Shown one piece after another: positions 46,504-57,520 of a stretch of 64,000 nt of DNA. Location of the stretch: contig CAVRBU010000002.1 in NCBI GenBank assembly GCA_963719315.1, positions 1,024,001 through 1,088,000 on the forward strand, written 5' to 3'. Each line of letters begins with the position of its first letter. Position 1 is the stretch's first letter. The stretch comes from an uncultured Planctomycetota bacterium (lineage in GTDB: Bacteria > Planctomycetota > Planctomycetia > Pirellulales > Lacipirellulaceae). Below the pieces are notes generated by a model. That model saw only the letters and a list, made by a program, of their open reading frames with translations. It did not search any database and was not told the origin of the DNA. Position numbers and translations under genes: made by a program.

Positions 46504-48357
46504 ATGGTACTCGAGCAGGAACCTCTTCCTTTTTTAACCTGGCTCCTCGGCTACCCGTGGGCCGATGCGAACGCGGTTCTACAGAGCGCGGCGGTTCGGT
46601 TTGCGCTAACCGGGTTCGTGCTGGCCATTTTGGCGCTATTGGTTGGATTCCTCGTGGCGCTGGTTCGCCACGGGCCGATGAAGGCTGGCGACATCACGTA
46701 CCATGTCGTCGTCAACGGATTCAAGGAACTGTTCAAGACATCGCCGCGGCGGGTATGGGCAATCGCTCGCTTGGCCATCAAGGAATCAGTCCGCCGGCGA
46801 GTGGTCGTGGCGCTCGCCGTCTACATCATCATTCTGCTCTTCGCCGGTTGGTTCTTGCAGACCGGCTATCGTGAGCCGGGCAAGCTGTTTTTTAGCGTCG
46901 TGTTGACGGCGACGACCTACCTCGTGCTCATGATTGCGCTGCTGGTAAGCGCGTTCAGTCTGCCCAACGACTTCAAGTCGAAAACGATTTACACGGTCGT
47001 CACCAAGCCCGTGCGAGCCGGCGACATCGTGCTGGGACGCATTCTGGGTTTTACGATCGTTGGCACGGTGCTGCTGTCAATCATGGCCGCGTGCAGCGGG
47101 GTGTTCGTGTGGCGAATGTTGGATCATACCCACGCCATCAACCTCGAAACGCTCGAAAACATCTATGATGCGAATGGCAAGGTCGTGGGCAAGAAGGGCC
47201 GCACGACGACCAATATGCAGCACTCCCACGAGGTGGAGATTTACCCCGACGGCACCGGCATCGCCCAGTCGACCAACGAGCACGAGCACACGATCACCAC
47301 GAAAAAGCGTGGCAGCGAGACGGTTTACGAGGTCAGCGGTCCGCAAGGCCTGCTGCGAGCCCGCGTGCCGTATTACGGTAAGCTTCGATATCTCGACCGC
47401 AAGGGAGTCGAGGCTCCGAAAGGCATTAGTGTCGGCAGCGAGTGGACCTATCGCAGCTTCATCGAAGGCGGCACGCCCGCGGCGGCAATCTGGACGTTTA
47501 GCGGAATCAATGAATCGTCGTTCCGTAAAGACGATAACGGCGCACAAATGTTGCCGTTGGAACTGGTCGTCCGCGTGTTCCGCACGTTCAAGGGCAATAT
47601 CGAAAAGGGCATCCAGGGCGTCGTACAGCTGCAAAACCCCGACAACAAAGCGATCAAAAGCGAGCCTTGGACGTTCATGGCCAAGGATAGTTCCATCAAT
47701 ACATTCGATTGGTCGCGCAAGCTCAATGACGCCGAGCAGAAGCCAATCGACTTGCTGAACGACCTCGTCAGCAAAGACGGCAAGATCGACGTTGTCGTGC
47801 AGTGCCTCGACCGGGCACAGTATTACGGTTTTGCCCAACCCGATTGTTACATCCGCCTGCCAGACGGTTCGCCGCTGTGGAACTTCATCAAGGCCCAAAT
47901 CAGCATTTGGATTCAAATGGTGCTGGTCATTGCGATCGGCGTCACGTGCAGCACGCTGGTCAACGTGCCGGTGGCCATGTTATTTACTATTTCGTTCATC
48001 ACGTTAGGATTCTTTCGGCAGTTTTTCATCGACGTCGCCGTCGGCAAGCAGGTTGGCGGGGGACCGGTCGAAGCGCTGTATCGGCTCGTGACGCAGATGA
48101 ACGAGGTGTCGCCGCTGCCGGAAAGCCTCGGCACACACCTCATCCAATCCATCGACTCGGTGTTGAAAATCGCGATGCAGAGCCTGGCCCTAGTGCTCCC
48201 CGATTTCAGTTCATTCAGTACGGTAAACTACGTGGCCTACGGTTACAACATTCCGATGAACCAACTCACTCAAGACCTGATCGTGTGCGGGGCCTATCTG
48301 ATCGGCCTGTGCATCATCGGGTACTTCTTCCTGCGGACGCGTGAGGTGGCGAAATGA
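46504..48357 (+). CDS. ABC-2-type permease with large periplasmic insertion
   Basis: TM clusters at both ends, TIYTVVTKPVR..IVLGR, soluble region with HSHE/HEHT. Confidence 0.8.
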   Translation: MVLEQEPLPFLTWLLGYPWADANAVLQSAAVRFALTGFVLAILALLVGFLVALVRHGPMKAGDITYHVVVNGFKELFKTSPRRVWAIARLAIKESVRRRVVVALAVYIIILLFAGWFLQTGYREPGKLFFSVVLTATTYLVLMIALLVSAFSLPNDFKSKTIYTVVTKPVRAGDIVLGRILGFTIVGTVLLSIMAACSGVFVWRMLDHTHAINLETLENIYDANGKVVGKKGRTTTNMQHSHEVEIYPDGTGIAQSTNEHEHTITTKKRGSETVYEVSGPQGLLRARVPYYGKLRYLDRKGVEAPKGISVGSEWTYRSFIEGGTPAAAIWTFSGINESSFRKDDNGAQMLPLELVVRVFRTFKGNIEKGIQGVVQLQNPDNKAIKSEPWTFMAKDSSINTFDWSRKLNDAEQKPIDLLNDLVSKDGKIDVVVQCLDRAQYYGFAQPDCYIRLPDGSPLWNFIKAQISIWIQMVLVIAIGVTCSTLVNVPVAMLFTISFITLGFFRQFFIDVAVGKQVGGGPVEALYRLVTQMNEVSPLPESLGTHLIQSIDSVLKIAMQSLALVLPDFSSFSTVNYVAYGYNIPMNQLTQDLIVCGAYLIGLCIIGYFFLRTREVAK

Positions 48358-50087
48358 CAGAACGCACATCGTTTTACCATAAGCTCACGTACCTCGCGGC
48401 GATGGTGGTTCTGGCGTTTCCGATCGTGTGGCTTAGCGTGCCGGCGACGACCACCAAGCCCGGCGGCAAGCTCGCCCAATTGCGCAAGGAATACAAGCTC
48501 TCGCAGGTCAACCTGGGCGAAGTGGACCCGGCCAGCGAAACGATTAAGCTGGCGACGCTCGGCCTCCGCGGCGTGGCCGTGAATCTGCTGTGGGAGAAAG
48601 CCAACTATTATAAGAAAACCGAAGATTGGACGAACCTCACCGCCACGCTCGAGCAACTCGCGAAGCTGCAGCCGAACTTCATTACTTTTTGGAAGTTCCA
48701 GGCCTGGAACCTGACGTACAACGTCTCCGTCGAGTTCGACGACTACCACGATCGCTACTATTACGTCCGCCGCGGCATCCAATTCTTACAAGAAGGCGAG
48801 CGGTACAACACCGGCAATCCGCAACTGCTGTGGGATCTGGGGTGGTTCATTGGTCAGAAGATCGGCCGCGCGGATGAATACGTGCAATATCGCAACCTGT
48901 TCAAGAACGACGACGAATTCCATTCGCCGGACCGCACACCCGAAGAGCGCGACAACTGGCTAGTCGGCAAGGAATGGTACTTGAAGGCGATCGATTGGGT
49001 CGACAACAAGGGCAAAAGCTTGGGCCGGAAAAGTCCGCGCGATTTCTATTCGAGCCCGGCGAAATCGACGATGAACTACGCCGAGGCGATCGAGGAAGAG
49101 GGCGCGTTCGAAAAAGCAAGACGGGCCTGGATGAAGGCCGCCGACGAATGGAAGCAATTCGGCACGACCATCATCGAGCATTCCACGGGCGTCAAGTTGC
49201 AGCTCGGCTCGCAGCCGCGGCTGGAAAAGGAGTTGGCCGATTTGCGAGCGAAGTTGGAAGCGATGCTCCCCGGCACGCGGGACAAGCTGCTAGCGGAAAA
49301 ACGAGCGGCGTTGATCGCCGAAGAGCGCGAAGTGCTGGACACGCCCAAAGAAAAGTTGACGCCGGACCAGGCGGAAAAGCGCTATCAGATCGAGCCCAAG
49401 ACGCTCGCCAGCGATCGTGAGGTGGCCGAGCGCATTGCCCGCGACGACCCGGAGAAGAAGAACCAGGCATTGCAACTGGCCAGCGAAATCGAGCGGCAAG
49501 ATAGAGTGTTGCAGTTCACGATCAATTACAAGCGCGATGCAAACTACGACTATTGGAAAACGCGCGCCGAGTTCGAGCAAACACCGAGTGCCCTGGCGGC
49601 CCGCACCAAGATGTTCGAAGCCCGCAAGGCGTTCCGCGAAACCGATTTGAAGCAGGCCAAGAAGTTGTATGAGGAAGGTTTCAAGGACTGGCGGGCTGTC
49701 GTCGATAAGTTCCCGTCGATCCTGGACGACGACGAAACGACGGGCAGCGATCTGTTGGACTTCATCAAACGCTACCGCACCGTTCTCGATCAGCTCGACG
49801 AAAAGCTCGGCGAAGATTTTCCATTGTGGGAAGTCATCGAGAAATTCGATCGCGAGAACGATTTTCCTGGAGAGCTGAAAGAGCACCGCGCCCGCCAAGG
49901 CCGGCCGTTGCCCGAAGATTTGGTTCCGAAGAAATCGGATCGAGCGCCGACACCGGCGCCGGAAGCTTCCGCTACGCCCCCGGCCGCATCGAAGTCCGAA
50001 CCGGCCGAAAAGTCGGAGCTTGCTCCCAAGCCAGCACCGCCATCTGCGAAACCGGCGGCACCGACTGCTGATAGCAGCAAGAAGTAG
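48354..50087 (+). CDS. Conserved membrane-anchored helical (TPR-like) hypothetical protein
   Basis: N-terminal TM; LGLRGVAVNLLW, LQPNFITFWKFQAWNLTYNVSVE. ATGA overlap with the permease. Confidence 0.75.
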   Translation: MTERTSFYHKLTYLAAMVVLAFPIVWLSVPATTTKPGGKLAQLRKEYKLSQVNLGEVDPASETIKLATLGLRGVAVNLLWEKANYYKKTEDWTNLTATLEQLAKLQPNFITFWKFQAWNLTYNVSVEFDDYHDRYYYVRRGIQFLQEGERYNTGNPQLLWDLGWFIGQKIGRADEYVQYRNLFKNDDEFHSPDRTPEERDNWLVGKEWYLKAIDWVDNKGKSLGRKSPRDFYSSPAKSTMNYAEAIEEEGAFEKARRAWMKAADEWKQFGTTIIEHSTGVKLQLGSQPRLEKELADLRAKLEAMLPGTRDKLLAEKRAALIAEEREVLDTPKEKLTPDQAEKRYQIEPKTLASDREVAERIARDDPEKKNQALQLASEIERQDRVLQFTINYKRDANYDYWKTRAEFEQTPSALAARTKMFEARKAFRETDLKQAKKLYEEGFKDWRAVVDKFPSILDDDETTGSDLLDFIKRYRTVLDQLDEKLGEDFPLWEVIEKFDRENDFPGELKEHRARQGRPLPEDLVPKKSDRAPTPAPEASATPPAASKSEPAEKSELAPKPAPPSAKPAAPTADSSKK

Positions 50088-50417
50088 TTTTTCGCCGCTC
50101 GTCGCTGAACTCGCAAGAATTCAATTGTCGGCGGCGAGAACTGAATTTTTGCAAATCCAGCTACGGTGCTCTTGCAATATTCAGCTTCGGCGGAGTCGGG
50201 CGTCTCGCATTAGCCGACCCAATTTGCCCGGCTCATCAACCGCCGCAATCGCGGCCAAATTCCACTTCGGCGAAGCGGCCCCTTCGGTCGATACATTCCG
50301 AAGAGACGGCATCTCGTCTTCATTTTACCCACTTTCCGATCGCTAGCGCAAGCCACGGCGAGCGCTGGTCGGCGGCGTTCTTGTCAGCAAGTGAGACGAA
50401 ACTTGAGTACCATAAGT

Positions 50418-51452
50418 ATGCATACGGCGAAGCGTCTGGCCGTCGGTTTGGCGTTCATTCTGGGCAGCGTGGCGGTGAATGCCAGTGCGGTCCAGCCGGC
50501 CGTCATTCATGCGGTCCGCGTCATACAATGCGGCGCCGGTGAGAATGAGCGGCCCACCGTCGTGACCGGCGTCGCCGTCACGCCCGATGGCCGCACGATC
50601 GCCGCGGCGACCGACGATCACCACGTATCGCTGTGGGATGCTTCAACTGGCGAATTGAAAAGCGAGTTGAATGGTCAAACCGATTGGGTTCACTCGGTCG
50701 TTATCTCACGCGACGGGGCAACGCTGACCTCCGGCGCCGGCGACCGTTCACTGTGCCTGTGGAATGCCGCCCAGCAGCGGCCAGTGTTCAAAACCTCTGC
50801 GTGCAAGAACTCGATCACCGCCGTTTGCATGCATCCGAACAATCAGCAACTGGCTGTCGTCGGATTCAGCGACAGTTTGGGAATCGTCAACACATCGACC
50901 GGCCAAACGTCGCAGGAACTTGAAGGGCCGTGCGCTGATATTCGCACGGTCGCGTTCTCGCCCAACGGCGACCTCATGGCCGCCGCCGGCCGCAACGGCA
51001 AGATCCGCATTTGGAACGTAAACGAAGGCACGAGCCAACGCGACATCGAAACCGATGGCCGCCGCATTCGGGCCTTGGCGTTTTCGCCGGATGGCAGCCG
51101 GATCGCGGTCGCGGGTGACGGCCCGAACATCAATGTCTTCGACGCCACGACGGGCGAAGTGGTGATGACGCTCGCCTCGCGCCCGGCGAAGGTCTATTCG
51201 CTCGCCTTCCTCGATAGCCAACATCTGGCGACGGGTGGCACGGACGATCGCGTAACGATTTGGGACTTGGACAGCAAGCAAGCGGATTCGCAACTCGTGG
51301 GCCATAGCGGCACGGTGGCGGCAATCGCCTGCAACTCGACCGGCAAGTTATTGGTTTCAGGAAGTTACGACACCACGCTCCGCATTTGGAACCTCGCCGA
51401 GCGACAAACCCCGGCGACGGCATGGCGCAGCCCAACCGGCGAATCGCGCTAA
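50418..51452 (+). CDS. Secreted WD40-repeat protein
   Basis: Signal peptide; repeated FSPDG / IRIWN / TIWD units. Confidence 0.9.
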   Translation: MHTAKRLAVGLAFILGSVAVNASAVQPAVIHAVRVIQCGAGENERPTVVTGVAVTPDGRTIAAATDDHHVSLWDASTGELKSELNGQTDWVHSVVISRDGATLTSGAGDRSLCLWNAAQQRPVFKTSACKNSITAVCMHPNNQQLAVVGFSDSLGIVNTSTGQTSQELEGPCADIRTVAFSPNGDLMAAAGRNGKIRIWNVNEGTSQRDIETDGRRIRALAFSPDGSRIAVAGDGPNINVFDATTGEVVMTLASRPAKVYSLAFLDSQHLATGGTDDRVTIWDLDSKQADSQLVGHSGTVAAIACNSTGKLLVSGSYDTTLRIWNLAERQTPATAWRSPTGESR

Positions 51453-51500
51453 CACAGCTCGCAACTTCGATCAGTACGACTGAGTGCATGGAGGCACCTC

Positions 51501-54500
51501 GTGGGTATTCTCAACTTTCTTCGCGAATTGTGCTTTGGACAATCCGACATCGGCGTAGCGAACGGCGGCACGTCGAGTCGTCCTCAGCCCCGGCGGGCGC
51601 GTAACGTGGCTCCGCGACGTTGCCAGATTGAAGAACTCGAACCGCGCCGCCTGATGGCGGCCGATGGCCTCGTGCCGCAGGTCGTGTTGGGGTCCGTCTA
51701 CTATGAAGATCATTCGCTGGACGATAGCGTGCCCGACGTTATCGAAGTGTCGTTCGTCGGCGGAGCGGCAGGCACGACGTTGGATCGCCTCGTACTTAAC
51801 GGAGACAAACAGGGCGATGGAGTCTCGGCCGGCGACGTGATTTTCGACACGGTCGACGGCGGGCTGGGGGCTTACAAATCCAATCCACTGACAATTGTGA
51901 GCGCAAACGGTTTTTCCGTTAACAGCACCACCGTCGTCGACGGCGGCTCGCAAATCGTATTCACTTTCAGCGGCTTCCAAGCGGGGATGAAGCTTCGATT
52001 CTCGATCGACGCGGACGAGATCCAGTTCGTGGAAGCCGGGGCGGTTGTCAACGGCCAAATCGTCGATCCGAGCGGGATAGACGTCGATGCCGAGGTAACG
52101 GGCTTCGAATTTCAGCGGACGATCGTGACGGGCGAATTCTCCGCCACAGGTTACGTCGACCTCTCTTTGGAGGGTCTCCATTGGGACTTCTACGACAATC
52201 GCTTTGCGTCAGCGAATGCCGCCGCCGGGCTGCTGCCGACGCTGCCCAAAGATCGTTACTCGACAACAGAAGACCTCAGCGTTTGGACTGCCGGCGCGAT
52301 CGCCTATGCCCCGCAGATTCCGCTCGCCACGCTTGCCGGCTGGGTCTACCACGACCAGAACGATAATGGTGTATTCGCCCACGGCACGGAGCAGGGCATC
52401 GGCGGCGTGACGGTCGAATTGTTGGATTCCAATGGGAACCCCACGGGCATCACGACCACGACTTCGACCCAACCCGGTAAAATCGGCTACTACGAGTTCC
52501 TCAATTTGTACCCGGGCACGTATGGCGTGCGCGAGGTGCAGCCGACGGGCTGGCTCGACGGCAAAGACGCAGCCGGCGATCATGGCGGCGCGGCCGACCC
52601 CGAAACGTCCGGCCGAGTGGATCGCATCTTCGGCGCGGTCCTTAACTATGGTGATCACGCTGTAGAATACAACTTCGGCGAATTGTTGCCGGGATCGATT
52701 CGCGGCACCGTCCAGGCCCATACCGATGAGGATTGCGACTTCGACCACCCTGAGATCCTGCTAGCGGGGGTTCGGATCGATTTGCTCGACGCAAGTGGCA
52801 ACTTCCTTCGTTCTACACTCACGGATGCCAATGGCGCCTACGCATTCACGGACTTAGTGCCCGGCATCTACAGCGTTCGAGAACATCAGCCCGATGGCTA
52901 CTACGATGGTGACGAGCGCGCCGGAACGGCCGGCGGTGTGCTTCTGGTGAACGACCAAATTGGCGCGATCGCTATTGGTTCGGACGTCCATGCAATCAAT
53001 TATGATTTTTGCGAACACGTCGGCGTCATGCTGTCGGGCAACGTCTACCACGATCGCGACAACGACGGCAACTTCGATCGCCCCGGAGAAGAAGGCATTG
53101 CCGGCGTGCTGCTGAAACTGCTCGACGGCGACGGCAACGACACTGGCCTCACAGCGACGACGGACGCCATCGGCTTCTACAAGTTCAACAACCTGGCCGC
53201 AGGAAAATATACGGTCATCGAGGTGCAACCGAGCGGCTGGCTCGATGGCCTAGACACGCCGGGCAATCTTGGTGGCGTGGCTGACGTATCACCGCCGGGC
53301 GATAAGATCAGCCAGATCATGATCAATTGGGGCCAGATGGGCACCGAATACAACTTCGGTGAGCTGCTGCCTGGCTCGATCGCCGGACGGATTCATGCCG
53401 ACAGCGGTCCGGACTGCGATTTCGATAATCCGGAGATTCTGCTCGAAGGCGTGCAGGTCGATTTGCTTGATAGCCACGGCAACGTCATCGTCACCACGCA
53501 CACGAATGCCAAAGGCGAATATGAATTCACAGACCTTTCGCCAGAAACGACTTACAGCGTTCGCGAGCACCAACCGGTCGGTTACTTCGACGGCGGCGAA
53601 CGCGTTGGCACGCTCGGCGGCGCTAGTTCCGAAGTGGGTGCGTTCAGTTTGATTACGGGCATCAACGTCGGGTCGGATGAGCACGGAATCCAATACGACT
53701 TCTGCGAGAAGCTGCCCGGTTCGATCAGTGGCCGCGTGCATGCCGACAGCGGACCGGATTGCGACTTCGACGATCCCGATATTCTGCTCGAAGGCGTCCA
53801 GATCGACCTGCTTGACGCCGACGGCAACTTCATTCGCTCGACTTTTACCGACGTGAACGGCGAGTATCACTTCACGGGTTTGGCGCCAGGCGGTTACCAG
53901 GTGCGCGAGCATCAGCCAACGGAATACTTCGACGGTGGCGAACGCGTGGGTACGGCCGGCGGCACTTCGTTCGATGTGCTGCCTGCATACAGTATGTTCA
54001 CCGGCATCAGCATCACCGCCGGGCAGGACGCCATTCAATACGACTTCTGCGAAAAGGTGCCCGGTTCAATCAGCGGCCGTGTACACGCCGACAGCGGACC
54101 GGATTGCGACTTCGACAATCCCGATATCCTGCTTGAAGGCGTGCAGATCGACCTGCTCGACTCAAATGGCAATTTCATTCGCTCGACGCACACCGACGCA
54201 AACGGTGAATACCACTTTGCCGACCTGGCCCCTGGCGGCTATCAGGTGCGCGAGCATCAGCCGACGGAATATTACGACGGAGGCGAGCGTTTAGGTACGG
54301 CCGGCGGCATTTCGTTCGATGTGCTGCCGCAGTACAGCATGTTCATCGGCATCGTCATCACCGCCGGCCAAGATGCCATTCACTATGATTTCTGCGAGAA
54401 GGTCGGCGTCATGCTCTCGGGCAACGTCTACCATGATCGCAACGACGACGGTAACTTCGACCGCGACACCGAGGCGGGCATCGGTGGCGTGCTGTTGAAG

Positions 54501-56801
54501 TTGATCGACGCCAACGGCAACGACACGAGTTTGCGAGCCACGACGAATGCGCAAGGCTTCTACAAATTCAACAACCTGGCCGCCGGTCAGTACGCGGTGA
54601 TGGAAGTGCAGCCCGCGGGTTGGCTAGATGGCAAAGATACGCCGGGCAACTTGGGCGGCGTGGCGGCCGTCTCGCCGCCGGGCGACATGATCAGCATGAT
54701 CATGATCAACTGGGGCGACATGGGGACCGAATACAACTTTGGCGAGCTCCTGCCCGGTTCGATCGCCGGACGGATTCATGCGGATGATGGGCCGGATTGT
54801 GATTTCGACAATCCGCACATCTTCCTGTCGGGCGTGCAAGTCGATTTACTCGACGGCGAAGGCAACGTGATCGGCGTCACGCACACCAACGAAAATGGCG
54901 AGTACGAATTCGCCGGTCTGCGTCCCGGCACGTACAGCGTTCGCGAGCATCAGCCTCAGGCCTACTTCGATGGCGGCGAACGCGTGGGTACGCTCGGCGG
55001 GTCAAGCTCTGACGTGCTCGGCGTGTACAGCCTGTTTACCGGCATCCATGTGGGGTCCGGTGAACAGGGAATTCAATACGACTTTTGTGAGAAGCCGGGA
55101 GCCGAGCTTTCTGGTTACGTGTTCATCGACGGTGCCCCAATAGTCACGGGTCAACCGCTTACGCCGGCTGAAATTGCCGCCGTTCGCGACGGTCGACGCA
55201 CGAGCGACGATGCGCCGCTCGCCGGCGTCACCCTTGAGTTGCGGCAAGGCCAGACCGGTGCCCCGATTTTGATTAGCTATGCGATCGCGGGTTCGTACTC
55301 GGGCGCGGCCACCGATCCGATACGTGTCGTTACCGATGCGAACGGCTACTACCATTTCGGTGGCCTGCCCGAAGGTTTGTACGCGGTTGTCGAAGTGCAA
55401 CCTGCAAACGTCATCGATAACGTCGATACGCCCGGCACGTTAGGCGGCTTCGCGGTGAATCCCGAGGGAGTTGGTTTGTTGGGCCAGAGCATTCCGACGC
55501 CCAGCCAGCAAGCGATCATCGAGCAGTTCCGCATCGACCACGGTCCGGACGCCATCGTCAGCATTCCGCTCCAGTATGGCCAGCACGCACGGGAGAACAA
55601 CTTCAGCGAAGTGCTCACGCAACCGCCCCCGCCCATCATACCGCCCCCGCCGATCCTACCACCGCCTCCGACTCCGGTTCCGCCGGTCAAGCCGCCCGTG
55701 TTCGGGCCTCCGGGGATTCCGTACGTGCCACCACTGGTCTTCTCGCCGAATCCGCCCGTGATCTTGCCGCCGGATATCTTCGGTGGCTCCAGCAACGTCA
55801 TCGGGTACACTTGGCACTTGAGCGTCGTGAACGCCGGTTGGCCGCGGAGCATCACGACGGGCGAAGCGCCGTTCCAATTGACGTCGGCTTCGATCGATGT
55901 CGTCGGTTGGCGGAACGTGCAACTCGACGGCGGTCGCTGGAAGCTGGCCGTGTTGGACGGCGCCAAGGTGAACGTGGTGCGCGATGAAATGTTTGGCACC
56001 ACGAACTCGATCCCGGTTACCGGCGATTTCAACGGCGACGGCGTCACCGACATTGCCGTGTATATCGATGGTCAATGGTTCATCGATCTCAACGGCAACG
56101 GCAAATGGGACGAGGGTGACTTGTGGGCCCAACTGGGCAGCGAGGACGATCAGCCCGTCTCCGGCGATTGGGACGCCGACGGCAAGACCGACATCGGCAT
56201 CTACGGCCCGGCGTGGGCCCGTGATCCGTGGGCGATCGAGCGCGAGCCCGGTCTGCCCGATGCGGATAACTTCCCAACTCACCCGGCCGGCAAGATGAAA
56301 AACATGCCGCCGACCGCCGAGGACGCAACCAGCGGTGGCCGCATCCTCAAGCGCACGGCCCGCGGTAAGAATCGGGCCGACCTAATCGACCACGTTTTCC
56401 ACTACGGCGAACCGCTCGACATTCCGGTTGCCGGCGACTGGAACGGCGACGGCGTCCGCCAGATCGGCGTGTTCCGCGACGGCCAGTGGATTCTGGACAC
56501 CGACGGCGACGGCCGCTTCACGGAAGCCGACGCGAAGACGGAATTCGGGCAGGCCGGCGACGTGCCCGTCGTGGGCGATTTCAACGGCGACGGCGTCGAC
56601 GAGATCGGCGTCTACCGCGCCGGAAAGTGGATCCTCGACACGAATGGCAACCGCCACATCGACGCTCAGGACAAAGTCTTCGAGCTCGGCGGCGCAGGCG
56701 ACAAGCCAGTCGTCGGCGACTGGAACGACGACGGCACCGACGACCCGGGCGTGTTCCACCCCGGCACGGCAACCGACCGCGTGACGCGCCGGGCGAGTTG
56801 A
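51501..56801 (+). CDS. Large surface protein with ~9 SdrD-B/Cna-B-like domains, Pro-rich linker and FG-GAP/VCBS repeats
   Basis: IEELEPRRL motif; repeated SG.VYHD.../TD.NG.Y.F..L.PG.Y.VRE.QP units; GDFNGDG/GDWNGDG repeats. Confidence 0.88.
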   Translation: MGILNFLRELCFGQSDIGVANGGTSSRPQPRRARNVAPRRCQIEELEPRRLMAADGLVPQVVLGSVYYEDHSLDDSVPDVIEVSFVGGAAGTTLDRLVLNGDKQGDGVSAGDVIFDTVDGGLGAYKSNPLTIVSANGFSVNSTTVVDGGSQIVFTFSGFQAGMKLRFSIDADEIQFVEAGAVVNGQIVDPSGIDVDAEVTGFEFQRTIVTGEFSATGYVDLSLEGLHWDFYDNRFASANAAAGLLPTLPKDRYSTTEDLSVWTAGAIAYAPQIPLATLAGWVYHDQNDNGVFAHGTEQGIGGVTVELLDSNGNPTGITTTTSTQPGKIGYYEFLNLYPGTYGVREVQPTGWLDGKDAAGDHGGAADPETSGRVDRIFGAVLNYGDHAVEYNFGELLPGSIRGTVQAHTDEDCDFDHPEILLAGVRIDLLDASGNFLRSTLTDANGAYAFTDLVPGIYSVREHQPDGYYDGDERAGTAGGVLLVNDQIGAIAIGSDVHAINYDFCEHVGVMLSGNVYHDRDNDGNFDRPGEEGIAGVLLKLLDGDGNDTGLTATTDAIGFYKFNNLAAGKYTVIEVQPSGWLDGLDTPGNLGGVADVSPPGDKISQIMINWGQMGTEYNFGELLPGSIAGRIHADSGPDCDFDNPEILLEGVQVDLLDSHGNVIVTTHTNAKGEYEFTDLSPETTYSVREHQPVGYFDGGERVGTLGGASSEVGAFSLITGINVGSDEHGIQYDFCEKLPGSISGRVHADSGPDCDFDDPDILLEGVQIDLLDADGNFIRSTFTDVNGEYHFTGLAPGGYQVREHQPTEYFDGGERVGTAGGTSFDVLPAYSMFTGISITAGQDAIQYDFCEKVPGSISGRVHADSGPDCDFDNPDILLEGVQIDLLDSNGNFIRSTHTDANGEYHFADLAPGGYQVREHQPTEYYDGGERLGTAGGISFDVLPQYSMFIGIVITAGQDAIHYDFCEKVGVMLSGNVYHDRNDDGNFDRDTEAGIGGVLLKLIDANGNDTSLRATTNAQGFYKFNNLAAGQYAVMEVQPAGWLDGKDTPGNLGGVAAVSPPGDMISMIMINWGDMGTEYNFGELLPGSIAGRIHADDGPDCDFDNPHIFLSGVQVDLLDGEGNVIGVTHTNENGEYEFAGLRPGTYSVREHQPQAYFDGGERVGTLGGSSSDVLGVYSLFTGIHVGSGEQGIQYDFCEKPGAELSGYVFIDGAPIVTGQPLTPAEIAAVRDGRRTSDDAPLAGVTLELRQGQTGAPILISYAIAGSYSGAATDPIRVVTDANGYYHFGGLPEGLYAVVEVQPANVIDNVDTPGTLGGFAVNPEGVGLLGQSIPTPSQQAIIEQFRIDHGPDAIVSIPLQYGQHARENNFSEVLTQPPPPIIPPPPILPPPPTPVPPVKPPVFGPPGIPYVPPLVFSPNPPVILPPDIFGGSSNVIGYTWHLSVVNAGWPRSITTGEAPFQLTSASIDVVGWRNVQLDGGRWKLAVLDGAKVNVVRDEMFGTTNSIPVTGDFNGDGVTDIAVYIDGQWFIDLNGNGKWDEGDLWAQLGSEDDQPVSGDWDADGKTDIGIYGPAWARDPWAIEREPGLPDADNFPTHPAGKMKNMPPTAEDATSGGRILKRTARGKNRADLIDHVFHYGEPLDIPVAGDWNGDGVRQIGVFRDGQWILDTDGDGRFTEADAKTEFGQAGDVPVVGDFNGDGVDEIGVYRAGKWILDTNGNRHIDAQDKVFELGGAGDKPVVGDWNDDGTDDPGVFHPGTATDRVTRRAS

Positions 56802-56873
56802 ATTGGGACGTACGTGAGTGACTCCGAGACTCGAATCCACAACTTTGAGAAACGCAGCCAAGCATGCGCCTTC

Positions 56874-57512
56874 TCATTGGCTTGTCAACGCGTGGAAATA
56901 GATCGCGCAGTTCGGAAGCGTGGTCCTCAGGTGTTCGGCGCCGTCGTTGGTGATCTGCGTCCAGCGGATGAAAAGTTCTTTCAAGGCGCTTTGCCTAGCC
57001 AGGTCGTCGATGGCGGCGTCGGTGATTTTGGTGCCGGTCAGAATCGCGCTGTGAAGATTGGGCAGCACGGCCAATTGCGCGGCGGCGCGGTCGGATATGT
57101 TGGTGTAACGCATCGAGACGAATTGCAACGCGGGCATCGAGCGGAGAACGCCAGCGCTGGCGTCGGTGATTTGCGTATTGTCGAGCGTCAGCCGTTCGAG
57201 ATGAATCAATCCAGAGAGTGACCGCAGCGCGTTGTCATCCACCTGTTTATACGCCAGGTCAACCTGCGTGACGTGCATGAACGCATCGTTCCCAAGGAAC
57301 GTCGTCACCAGCCAGCGGTGCCACGTCGGGCCTTCGGCGGGCGTCTTGGCCGAGTTGCCTTGCAGCCGATTCACCGCGGCGAGCGACTGCATCTGCAGCC
57401 GATACGGATTGACGTATACACTCCACCCGCCGACCAGCAAGCAGCACAGCGTCATCAGCACGAACATCGTTCGAAGACTATAACGCCTCCAGCTAATGAA
57501 TCGCGTATTCAT
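56874..57512 (-). CDS. Leucine-rich repeat membrane protein
   Basis: RYSLRTMFVLMT anchor; L..L.L..T.ITD repeats; LPNC end. Confidence 0.85.
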   Translation of the reverse strand: MNTRFISWRRYSLRTMFVLMTLCCLLVGGWSVYVNPYRLQMQSLAAVNRLQGNSAKTPAEGPTWHRWLVTTFLGNDAFMHVTQVDLAYKQVDDNALRSLSGLIHLERLTLDNTQITDASAGVLRSMPALQFVSMRYTNISDRAAAQLAVLPNLHSAILTGTKITDAAIDDLARQSALKELFIRWTQITNDGAEHLRTTLPNCAIYFHALTSQ

Positions 57513-57520
57513 TACGATGC

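Noticed and set aside
52690..55100. Near-identical repeats as a DGR template/variable pair
   Set aside because: They are in-frame domain duplications, differences are not adenine-specific, and no reverse transcriptase is in the window.
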